DNA from: Formosa sp. Hel1_33_131
Lineage (GTDB): Bacteria; Bacteroidota; Bacteroidia; Flavobacteriales; Flavobacteriaceae
DNA length: 32,000 nucleotides
Direction of reading: 5' to 3'
NCBI RefSeq assembly: GCF_001735745.1
Contig: NZ_CP017260.1
Location: 510,001 to 542,000 of the forward strand
Part shown: positions 23,946 through 32,000 of the stretch, piece by piece
Layout of the letters: every line of letters begins with the position of its first letter
Numbering within the stretch: position 1 is the stretch's first letter
Program-made: the position numbers and the translations under genes
The notes under the pieces: model-generated
Told to the model about the DNA's origin: nothing
The model's database searches: none
The model's input: the letters and a program-made list of their open reading frames with translations, nothing else

Positions 23946-26900
23946 TATTTATCTCCATTTAACCAATCATCAACAACACCAATACCTATTTGATAGTATC
24001 CCATATCTCCTTTCATACTTGTGCCAATGTTTTTATGTACCCAATTCATTTTTCTATTAATAAAGCCTCTTATTTTAGGTGCTAATTTAGACAAAGTGCC
24101 CTTAAATTTACTACTGAATTGAGCAGCATTAAGAGATGGTTTTTTTATTCTACCAAATGAGGCTAATGTTAACATTCCATTTATACCTGCATCAATCCCT
24201 TCAGTGCTTCCTCTCACAACACCGTTTCCATTTAAATGTTGTGGTTGATTATTAGGACTCAATAAATCAAAAGATGTTCCAAACACATATACATTATCAA
24301 GAGTATTATAAACTGCCCCTCCGATTTTTGAACTATACGAATCTGATGCATTAAGTTTATTCTCCATTCTACCAAAGAAATTATGCTGTGTACCTCTCAT
24401 CATAGGAACATCAAAACCTTGCCCACTTTCTGTAAATCTCCAGTTACCCCATTGTTGGTTCATATTCCAAGAATCGAGGTCTGCTCCACTTACTGCCATA
24501 AAGGTTCCTGTTAACTCTCCTGGTCCATCACCGCCACCATCATCAAAAGCAAGTCCATATTTCCTTTTTCCAGTTGATACATCACTTGTATAACGCTCCC
24601 CCCTAAATCCATTTCCGACCCATCCCCAAAATCTTCCCCATTTGGTTTTCCAACCACCATCTGGGTCAATACCATTTATTGGGTCGTTACCCATTCCAAC
24701 ATACGGACTCGAAAACTGCCCATAAGGATCCGTCGTCAACCACCGTCCTATCCTGCTATCCCACAATCTAAGTTCAAAAGCCTCTTTTCCCGTTTCAGCG
24801 TCTTTTTCTTGTCCTTGGAATTTGTACCTATAATTGCCCTCAATATTTCGGTTAGGCATTGGCATCCCAAAAGGATAGTAGTCTGTTTTCGCAGTTAAAG
24901 ATACTGCATTTTCGCCATTTTTCATAATCACCGCACGTACATTTCCTAAATGGTCGGTGAGTTGGTAGGCATCTGTTCCTGTCTCGCGGTAGTGGACACC
25001 CAAACGGCTGCTGCCATAGATGGTGTGTTCTGTGAGTATGCTGTTTTCATAAATAGCCATTGGAGTGCCAGCAGCATCGCGTACATAGTAGGTGGTGGTG
25101 GTTCCGGATGGGAGAATACTTTCTTTTTTCATTCGATGGCCTCTGTCGTTATAATAGAACCGGACGCGTGGCGTTCCATTTTTTTGTACTTCTGTGACCA
25201 ATCCACTGGCGTTGTAGGCATATTTTACCTGTTCGTCTTTGTTTTCTATGAGTTGCCCTATGGTGTTGTAAATATAGTTTTCTACGGTGGTTTGGTCTTT
25301 GATGTCTTCGGCATTGGTAGCTATCGTCACCGCATCATCCACACGTTGGAGCTGGTTGGGTTTGTCTGTTTTGTAGGCATAGGTCAACTCATCCATCCTG
25401 TTTGTACCGTTTTCTGTGTTTTTGTTTCGGTTCAGGGTTTGTATGTTCCCATTGGCATCGTAGGTGATGTTGCTGACTTGGTAGTCTGTGGAACCAAAGG
25501 GGTCTGAGTTGTTTGCGGGTACAATTTCGGCTGTAAATACAGAGTTGCCGCTGGCTACTATTTCTGCATTTGGCAAAAAGGTGATGGAATTGGTGGCTTG
25601 TATAGTGGCATTCGGATCTACAGTAAAATCGATAACCTCATCATCTCCTACACGTTGTGTGTTGCCATTGGCATTAAAGGTGGCGCCTGTCAACCAGTTA
25701 TTTCGGTTGTATTCATAGAGGTATTGGAAGGGGGTGTTGCCCAGGGTGTAGTCTGTATTCCAAGCAATGCTTTTGATGTTGCCATTGAATTGGTTGGTGC
25801 CAAAATCTGATACGTCAAAAGCATTGGAGCGTTTGTAATCGCCTTTGTAATAGTTGATACTCATCCCAAAAAGGTCGTTGGCATTTCCGCCGGGGTCGTC
25901 TGCTGCGGCTAAGCTAGGGTGGTTGATGGCTTTGAGTTGGCCTGCTAAATTATAGACGTAGTCTATTTGTTGTATGCCTTCTGCCAATTGCACATTGCGC
26001 AAAGCGCCTGTTTCATAGTAGTTATAGGCGGCATGTGTTGTATAACTCGCCCCATCTTGAGATGTTTCTACCTTGGTTAGACTGTAATCGATAGGATCAT
26101 AGCTGTAGCGGTGTATAAAGGTTTCGGTAGTGCTGTGTTTTTGATAGACTACCTGATTCACTTGGCTGGTAATGTCATCATACACATAATCGATGGTTTT
26201 TATGCCCAAGCCTAGGATGTTTTGCACAATCCATTGTACCCGTCCATAAACATCATAGCTGTAGTAGGTGGTGGATTGGTTGTTCTGAGTTTTGGCAACA
26301 TTTGTAGCTAAAAAGCCGGGATGGTGGTAAGCGGCATTTAATCCTGAAAGCCCCGATAATTCATTGGAGGCAAGAGCATCGTATTCTGTGAAATTTTGTT
26401 CGCTTCGACTGCCTGAAAAATTATTCGCCATATCGCCATTCAAATTGAGGCTGAAAGTGCCTTGGACTACCCCGCTTTCTATGGGTCTGCCCAAAGAGTC
26501 GTAGTTGGTGTAGGAGTATTCATTGGCAATTGCTTGCTTGCTGTTTTGCGAAAAGCGGATTTGCCCATCACTACGGTACACAAAATTAGCGGTGCCCTCG
26601 TCGGGGCTTGTGGTGCTTAGCAACTGTCCAAGTGCATTGTACTCGTAAGTGGACTCTAAGTGGTTTAGGGGTTGTTTTGAACTTATTAAATGCCCAACAT
26701 TGTCATAGGTGTTTAGGCTGTAGTCGTAGTAGTTTTCTTTGTAGGTTACTGCAATTGTTCCTGAAATGTAGGTGTCGGGATTGGTAACGGCCACTCTATA
26801 AAAGCCATTGGGAAGACTGGTGGTAGCTGCTGTTGTTGTGGTTTCTGTTATTAAATTAAAAATAGTGACTGCCGAAGCGTTTATAGAAAATCCAGTAGTG

Positions 26901-28696
26901 CCAGAGGGTACATGGATGTCCACAAAGCCTTGTGCCCCAATGGGGATGGTCATAGCTCTAGAGGTACCACCCCCAGAGCGTGCGGCGGCAAGTGTTTTGC
27001 CGTCGGTGTCTGTAAACACCACATTTTCTATGCCGTGCACATCTCTGACAACGGTTTTCATGATTTTACGGTTATTCGAATCGTATGAGGCACTGTTAAA
27101 AGCATTGGCTTGGGACAATTCTTGACTGGCAGGCATGGAAAAGGTATAGGATTGTAGCCAATCATCATTGTCGTCAATGTCACCATCATTGTCTGTATCT
27201 ACTTTGTTCCCTCCTATGGTTTTTAAGACTGCGCCGGGATTCAGATCGCTGAAAAAAGCTCTTGAAAAGGGATGGTCTGTGATGTCTTGGTAAGGCTCGT
27301 CTGTGTTATTATTGCTATAGTACCAACCTACTGTGTTTTCTTGTATGTTTGTTGAACTAATGTTTGAAAATGAATTCTCATACAGCTGTTTAATATTCCC
27401 TTGGGTTGGTGCAGAAAAGGTGTTAAATGACGGCCTTCCTTGTGGGTCATATTTTGTTTCGGAGAGCCATAGTTTATAGGTTTTAAAACTAAGCGCTTGT
27501 GATTGTGTTGGCTTTCCCAATCGGTTAAAATAATTAAGCGATTGTCCTATCAATTGACCCGATACATCGTAGGAACATTTAGACGTGTAATTAAACGTTT
27601 TGGTTCCCAATTTTTCATCACATGGACAATAGGCTCCTTTGTAGGAAAAATCATCGGAACTGTGATAATCATAGCTGTAATAGAGATGGTTGTTATCTTC
27701 TTGAAAGGGATTGGTTTTTAAAGTGCCTAATGCCAACCAAGCTAAGCTTTTTGGAAACACACTAAAATCCTCTATGCTTAATAAATCTCCATAGGTCAAA
27801 CAAGCAGAGGTCACAAACGGATCTTTTCCAAATACCTCTTTTCCTGTTTTCAGTTTGATGTATTCACTCATAGCAACCACAACTCTGTAATCTTCAATTT
27901 CACTTCCTAGCGTTGTTGATAATACGGTGTTGCCGTCATACACAAATGCAATGGTATTGCCGTCACGTTTCATTGCTATTTTTTTACTAGGGTCAAAAGA
28001 GGATGAGATGTCTTGGGAAGCAAAAGAAACCGCTTGTCTGTTAAAACCAATAAGGTCAATCGTTTCGTTGATAGGGATGTTATCAGGGGTTGTAGTTGGT
28101 GAAATCTCAATACACGTTTTTTTGTCAATGACAAGTCCTAAGGGGAGTTGTATGTCAGAGTTAGAATAAGGGCTTCCTAAATTAAAATTTAAACGGTAAT
28201 TATACCTGTCTTTTATCGCTAATGAATTGTCACCACTTAAAGGAAATGTATCGGAATCAGGAAGCGTACATAATTGATCTTTGTGTACCAAAAAAATACC
28301 CACTTGATAGGATGGTGGAAAATAAAAATAGCCATTATCTCCTGTAAGAGGATACCATCTTTTTTTTAAAATTGGAATTCCACTTATTTCTTCAGACGAT
28401 TGTTTGAAATTTTCTGACTGAAGAAACCTGATGTTCTCCAAACTCATTTCAAAACTCTCATTGTCTTTAGGAATCACTTTTAATGAAAGGATCTTAGTTG
28501 ATTTTGAAGCTTGATTACTAAAATTAATTCCTTCTTGATCTGTAATGATGGACTCATTGTACAGTTGTTCTTCGGAAGTGTTTATTAAAAACTGGGCCGT
28601 ATTAGAATCCCATTGAACAAGGTCTTGTCCAAAAACAGTGTTATGAATCCCCAAAAGGATTAATAACATTAAAATAATTTTTGTTTTAGTTTCCAT
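23945..28696 (-). CDS. Rhs/YD-repeat polymorphic toxin with a Sec signal peptide, DUF6443-like N-terminal region, YD shell, PxxxxDPxG core end and a 235-aa variable C-terminal toxin
   Basis: The ORF track gives 23945..28753. I prefer the internal ATG at 28696, which gives METKTKIILMLLILLGIHNTVFG/QD (a clear signal peptide) and removes the 68-nt overlap with the upstream gene. There are many YD repeats (YDPQGRP, YDNVGHL, YNALGQL, YDSLGRP, YDVYGRV, YDANGNI...). The core end is YQLTDHLGNVRAV...GNDPINGIDPDGG, with DPDGG encoded at 24653-24667. Confidence 0.9.
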   Translation of the reverse strand: METKTKIILMLLILLGIHNTVFGQDLVQWDSNTAQFLINTSEEQLYNESIITDQEGINFSNQASKSTKILSLKVIPKDNESFEMSLENIRFLQSENFKQSSEEISGIPILKKRWYPLTGDNGYFYFPPSYQVGIFLVHKDQLCTLPDSDTFPLSGDNSLAIKDRYNYRLNFNLGSPYSNSDIQLPLGLVIDKKTCIEISPTTTPDNIPINETIDLIGFNRQAVSFASQDISSSFDPSKKIAMKRDGNTIAFVYDGNTVLSTTLGSEIEDYRVVVAMSEYIKLKTGKEVFGKDPFVTSACLTYGDLLSIEDFSVFPKSLAWLALGTLKTNPFQEDNNHLYYSYDYHSSDDFSYKGAYCPCDEKLGTKTFNYTSKCSYDVSGQLIGQSLNYFNRLGKPTQSQALSFKTYKLWLSETKYDPQGRPSFNTFSAPTQGNIKQLYENSFSNISSTNIQENTVGWYYSNNNTDEPYQDITDHPFSRAFFSDLNPGAVLKTIGGNKVDTDNDGDIDDNDDWLQSYTFSMPASQELSQANAFNSASYDSNNRKIMKTVVRDVHGIENVVFTDTDGKTLAAARSGGGTSRAMTIPIGAQGFVDIHVPSGTTGFSINASAVTIFNLITETTTTAATTSLPNGFYRVAVTNPDTYISGTIAVTYKENYYDYSLNTYDNVGHLISSKQPLNHLESTYEYNALGQLLSTTSPDEGTANFVYRSDGQIRFSQNSKQAIANEYSYTNYDSLGRPIESGVVQGTFSLNLNGDMANNFSGSRSEQNFTEYDALASNELSGLSGLNAAYHHPGFLATNVAKTQNNQSTTYYSYDVYGRVQWIVQNILGLGIKTIDYVYDDITSQVNQVVYQKHSTTETFIHRYSYDPIDYSLTKVETSQDGASYTTHAAYNYYETGALRNVQLAEGIQQIDYVYNLAGQLKAINHPSLAAADDPGGNANDLFGMSINYYKGDYKRSNAFDVSDFGTNQFNGNIKSIAWNTDYTLGNTPFQYLYEYNRNNWLTGATFNANGNTQRVGDDEVIDFTVDPNATIQATNSITFLPNAEIVASGNSVFTAEIVPANNSDPFGSTDYQVSNITYDANGNIQTLNRNKNTENGTNRMDELTYAYKTDKPNQLQRVDDAVTIATNAEDIKDQTTVENYIYNTIGQLIENKDEQVKYAYNASGLVTEVQKNGTPRVRFYYNDRGHRMKKESILPSGTTTTYYVRDAAGTPMAIYENSILTEHTIYGSSRLGVHYRETGTDAYQLTDHLGNVRAVIMKNGENAVSLTAKTDYYPFGMPMPNRNIEGNYRYKFQGQEKDAETGKEAFELRLWDSRIGRWLTTDPYGQFSSPYVGMGNDPINGIDPDGGWKTKWGRFWGWVGNGFRGERYTSDVSTGKRKYGLAFDDGGGDGPGELTGTFMAVSGADLDSWNMNQQWGNWRFTESGQGFDVPMMRGTQHNFFGRMENKLNASDSYSSKIGGAVYNTLDNVYVFGTSFDLLSPNNQPQHLNGNGVVRGSTEGIDAGINGMLTLASFGRIKKPSLNAAQFSSKFKGTLSKLAPKIRGFINRKMNWVHKNIGTSMKGDMGYYQIGIGVVDDWLNGDK

Positions 28697-31600
28697 AATT
28701 GTAGTAGTTTTTAGATACTGTTTTAAATCCTCCTGGTACAGAGGGCGTATCAATTATTTCTGAGTAGGTTTTAATAAGTCGTCCAGCGGCATCGTATTCA
28801 AACTTGCTTGCCAAACCATTGGTTCCAATAATGTACCAGAGTTCGTCCCATTCGTTGTAAACATAGCTGGTCATGGAAGAAGCGATGGGGTGTACTCTAA
28901 GATCATCTGCATAAATATTCCCATTATTTGAAGTTATATTGATATATCCACTGGATCCGTTTAAATCCATATAATGATTTAATTGCACCCAATCCCCTGC
29001 CGTTATTTGTTCGCCATTAAAAGGAACGGGGGCACTGCCAAATCCGACCCTCACATTTGCTGCTCTGTCCCTCACATCTACTCCATTGTCTTTTTTGACC
29101 CAAATGGATACTTTGTAAGTTCCGGATCTGTGTTTTCCAGAAACGAAATCAACATGGATGCTGTTGCCAGGGGCTATTTGTATGGACTGGGTTCCTGTGT
29201 GGGCATAGGTACTCACTCTTGAAGCGCCATTGACGAGCTTAATTTGTTGTCCTATAAAATTACTAGCTAATGGATCTTCGGCTCCTGTATAAAAACACTC
29301 TCCATATTTTGCATTTGCAGACATAAACACTTTACTGTTCGCATCTCCCATTTTGGTAGCCGCATAATTCCCATTGATATCTCTAACTTCTAAGGGCATG
29401 GAATAATGATCGTACTGGGTGGTGGTGGATATGTTTTTCCAATCCGCATTGGTTTGAGCGATCTCTGGGCCTACCGTCCAAACGAAATTTTCATCATCGT
29501 GTTCTGGAGTTGAATTTGTAAATCCTTGCAAAGTCCCATCATCGTTTAAACCCCCATCCCATACAAAGGATTTGTGCTTGCGCCAAATCTTAAATTTCCT
29601 TCCAATACCATCATTAGGAGGAGAGGAAACGCCTCCAGAATAGTCCGTATAGAACCAATCATTATTCCAAGTCGTGATCCCTACCCCCGTTTCTTTCCAA
29701 TCACCCGCAATATCTATATAGGTTTTGCTCATCGCTTGTTGACTTAGCATGTTTTTATTGGTAAGGTTATCTACTTTGCTTCCCATACTGTAATCACCTG
29801 AACCATATTCTGGGATGGCGTAAGCAGGCACCAACTCTGTTTTAAAGCGGTTGCCTTTGCTGTCGTCTGTGATGGTTTCTAGGACTTGGCCAGTATTAAA
29901 ATCATATTTACCGTAAACTTCAGTAAAAGTATAGCCTCCACTAGTCTTTCTACTAAATAATAAAGCATTTGGGTTGATTATTTTTGAAGACGAGTTTAAC
30001 AGGTATTGATCGACACTACCTTGTATTTTATTTTTAGTATATGAATAAAAAGTTTCCTGAATTACTCCTTGATTGTTTTCATTAAAATCTCTATAAACAT
30101 TATTTGTCTTAGATAATAATTGGTTAGAAGTATTATAATTAGACACGCTTAATAATCTCCCGATGGCTGATTTATTATCCTTAACGACATATTTTGTAGA
30201 AGAAATTTTAGCATTATTGCCATTAACTGAATATGTACCAGAACTTTCGGTAGGAGTTTTATTTATATATAAAAGACCTAAAGAGTATGAACTATTATCC
30301 GTTTTGACTATAGGTTTAAATGTTTCAAAATTATAAACCGTTTTAGAGCTGACTGTATTGTCTGATCCAATTTTTTCTGTTGTAACATACCCATAAGTCA
30401 CACCAGGAGGGGGCATTTCGGTGACATATTCAATCTCCTTATCAAATTTAGAAGGCGCATAAGATGTTATTCCTGAAGATCTATAACTAGAACTATTTGG
30501 ATCACTACTGTAATTTAAATCATTATAGTAATAATTAGTTTTATAAGATATTGTTCCATCTGTAATAGCAATATCCTTCACCCTAAGCCCACCTCCTTTT
30601 CTGTTTTTTTTAGAATCTTTAGCAAATATTTTAAACAAAAATGTTACGGCTGTATCATCCCTACAAGTATCTGGCAAATCTGGAAATTGACCCCTTAATA
30701 AATTTTGCATTGTATGATCGGAAAAACCAAGCCCCATAGGCCCTGAACTATATAACCAGTTTAGCCCATCATTATAATTATGAGTATGGCTTAATGAAGT
30801 TTCAAAAGTCACCTTAGTATCCGAAACATAGACTACATTAACAAATTCATTCTGTATATCTATACTGCCAGACCTATCTTCACAAAAAGGGTCACGATAC
30901 TCATGTAATAACGCAGCCCATATATCAACTTTAACGGGTGCACCTACTTGAAAATAATCGTTGAAATAATTTAAATCTTTACTATCCGTTTTATTTTCTA
31001 TATCAAATCTTAGTTTCCCTTCATGATTATAAAAATTAAATTGAATTCCATCATTATATGTTCTGAAATTCGTTGCAGCTTCTTGATAAAAATCATCAGG
31101 CTCATATGTAATTTCAAATTTTGAACCTAATGGAGTTGAAATATATTTTAAACTTGAGCTTTCAGGGTAATCAGCCGTGAACCCCCAAGAATCTTCATTA
31201 TCACTATTGTATATTGAAACATCATTTAAGTAACTGAACTCATAAGGTGGAATTAAACTTTCTTGTCCCCTTCCTAAAAAGTTTACATTACTTAAAGTAA
31301 GCTTCCCTTTTTGAGCTAACAATGAATTTGGAGAATTTCGCATCGATGGATAGGTTTCGTCATAATGCATTTCAATGTGATTAATTTTAAAATCATTTAT
31401 ATTGGAAAAATTATTAGCAATATCATTAGAGTTTAATACATTATTATAAAACTCGCCTTTCCACTCCTTTAAGCTTCCATTATTTAATAACGGATAATTT
31501 GCATGATATACTTCTCTATAAGCAGTATCATAAACTCTTATCTCTTCTTCAAAATACATTTCACCAATTTCTTTTCCGTTACTTTCTGATGTATAGGTTT

Positions 31601-32000
31601 TAATATTAGAAGGTACATCTTCATTTTTAAGAACAAAAATTTCTTTTAGCCTCAATGATTTATGTTTATTGATATTAACATATTCTTTATGCCAAATATT
31701 AGAAAAATAGACCCCAGTAGAAATATTCATAGCATGATTATCATATATGCCTTTAACAAAATATGTTGAACCACTATGCCCTAATACTTGTTTGTCTCCA
31801 TAATTATAAACTCGTGGAGAAGTTAAACTCGCTCCAATGTTAATTTCTACTCCATAATTATCATTTCTATCTTCTTTTACAAATAATGCGGTATGTGTTC
31901 TAGTTTTAATCATATCCAAATAATAAATCTCTTTCACCCCCCATCCATAAGATTTTGATTGATCATTCTTGTGATAAGTTAAATCCTTAGTTGGAGTTCT
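28686..32000 (-). CDS. Large beta-rich Rhs-associated protein (5' end outside the window) with degenerate YD repeats and a CBM/jelly-roll-like module near the C-terminus
   Basis: The frame stays open from the listed GTG (31937) to the window edge (RTPTKDLTYHKNDQSKSYGWG-VKEIYY...), so the protein is more than 1104 aa. YD-like repeats occur in the C-terminal third (YGKYDFNTGQVLETITDDSKGNRF, QYDHYSMPLEVRDINGNYAATKM, FEYDAAGRLIKTY). The GTQSIQIAPGNSIHVDF...YKVSIWVKK...GDWVQL...IYADDLRVHP block looks like a carbohydrate-binding jelly roll. The stop codon is 7 nt before the Rhs start. Confidence 0.6.
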   Translation of the reverse strand, partial: RTPTKDLTYHKNDQSKSYGWGVKEIYYLDMIKTRTHTALFVKEDRNDNYGVEINIGASLTSPRVYNYGDKQVLGHSGSTYFVKGIYDNHAMNISTGVYFSNIWHKEYVNINKHKSLRLKEIFVLKNEDVPSNIKTYTSESNGKEIGEMYFEEEIRVYDTAYREVYHANYPLLNNGSLKEWKGEFYNNVLNSNDIANNFSNINDFKINHIEMHYDETYPSMRNSPNSLLAQKGKLTLSNVNFLGRGQESLIPPYEFSYLNDVSIYNSDNEDSWGFTADYPESSSLKYISTPLGSKFEITYEPDDFYQEAATNFRTYNDGIQFNFYNHEGKLRFDIENKTDSKDLNYFNDYFQVGAPVKVDIWAALLHEYRDPFCEDRSGSIDIQNEFVNVVYVSDTKVTFETSLSHTHNYNDGLNWLYSSGPMGLGFSDHTMQNLLRGQFPDLPDTCRDDTAVTFLFKIFAKDSKKNRKGGGLRVKDIAITDGTISYKTNYYYNDLNYSSDPNSSSYRSSGITSYAPSKFDKEIEYVTEMPPPGVTYGYVTTEKIGSDNTVSSKTVYNFETFKPIVKTDNSSYSLGLLYINKTPTESSGTYSVNGNNAKISSTKYVVKDNKSAIGRLLSVSNYNTSNQLLSKTNNVYRDFNENNQGVIQETFYSYTKNKIQGSVDQYLLNSSSKIINPNALLFSRKTSGGYTFTEVYGKYDFNTGQVLETITDDSKGNRFKTELVPAYAIPEYGSGDYSMGSKVDNLTNKNMLSQQAMSKTYIDIAGDWKETGVGITTWNNDWFYTDYSGGVSSPPNDGIGRKFKIWRKHKSFVWDGGLNDDGTLQGFTNSTPEHDDENFVWTVGPEIAQTNADWKNISTTTQYDHYSMPLEVRDINGNYAATKMGDANSKVFMSANAKYGECFYTGAEDPLASNFIGQQIKLVNGASRVSTYAHTGTQSIQIAPGNSIHVDFVSGKHRSGTYKVSIWVKKDNGVDVRDRAANVRVGFGSAPVPFNGEQITAGDWVQLNHYMDLNGSSGYINITSNNGNIYADDLRVHPIASSMTSYVYNEWDELWYIIGTNGLASKFEYDAAGRLIKTYSEIIDTPSVPGGFKTVSKNYYNYGN

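Noticed and set aside
24950-25810. Plus-strand ORFs of 185, 76 and 70 aa, and similar ones at 26808-27125, 27503-27721, 27927-28169 and 28983-29222
   Set aside because: All lie antisense within the long Rhs or partner reading frames. Their Gly/Val-rich translations are typical of the reverse complement of YD-repeat coding sequence, and they have no independent support.
28697-28753. Upstream extension of the Rhs ORF (MIRPLYQEDLKQYLKTTTI...)
   Set aside because: The extension overlaps the 3' end of the upstream gene by 68 nt and has no signal-like features. The internal ATG at 28696 yields a textbook signal peptide and sits 7 nt after the upstream stop.
23945-32000. Assigning the Rhs toxin to a T6SS
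   Set aside because: No Hcp, VgrG, PAAR or Tss genes or domains are recognisable in the window, and the Rhs protein carries a Sec signal peptide. This cannot be excluded for the genome as a whole, so it is left as an open question rather than a call.

Overview
This is a low-GC chromosomal segment that looks like Bacteroidota, class Flavobacteriia. That placement is an inference from gene content, a TAnnTTTG-type promoter box and the split transketolase; no database search was possible.

Layout of the window:
- 1-12.3 kb: ordinary housekeeping genes. These are a dnaB 5' part, accA, an EamA permease, an LptF/G permease, tgt, a Cys-based phosphatase, an LTA-synthase/sulfatase-family membrane enzyme, a two-subunit transketolase, an FKBP-like lipoprotein, an S4/Hsp15-like protein, a phosphoribosyltransferase and aroK.
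- 12.4-12.65 kb: tRNA-Lys(UUU) and tRNA-Leu(GAG).
- 12.7-17.8 kb: a tightly packed seven-gene minus-strand operon for a type II secretion / type IV filament-like apparatus. It has a GspF-type platform protein, two pseudopilins, a GspK-like protein, a PilP/GspC-like protein and two lipoproteins. No ATPase, secretin or prepilin peptidase is in view.
- 17.8-32 kb: the accessory part and the most interesting region, an Rhs/YD polymorphic-toxin island.

The island contains:
- a giant YD/CBM-like protein that runs off the window end;
- 7 nt downstream of it, a signal-peptide-bearing 1583-aa Rhs protein with a C-terminal toxin I cannot assign, overlapping (TAATG) a 2-TM immunity gene;
- an array of three orphan toxin-tip/immunity cassettes;
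- a decayed ORF6N-domain gene.

The Rhs core end (…DHLGNVRAV…DPxG) occurs three times as near-identical direct DNA repeats. Two families of short conserved junction sequences mark the module boundaries, including a 51-bp direct repeat with a perfect 14-bp palindrome that brackets the orphan array. No T6SS, T9SS-CTD, integrase or recombinase gene is visible, so both the delivery route and the cassette-shuffling mechanism are open questions. All toxin and immunity function calls are inferences from sequence features only.
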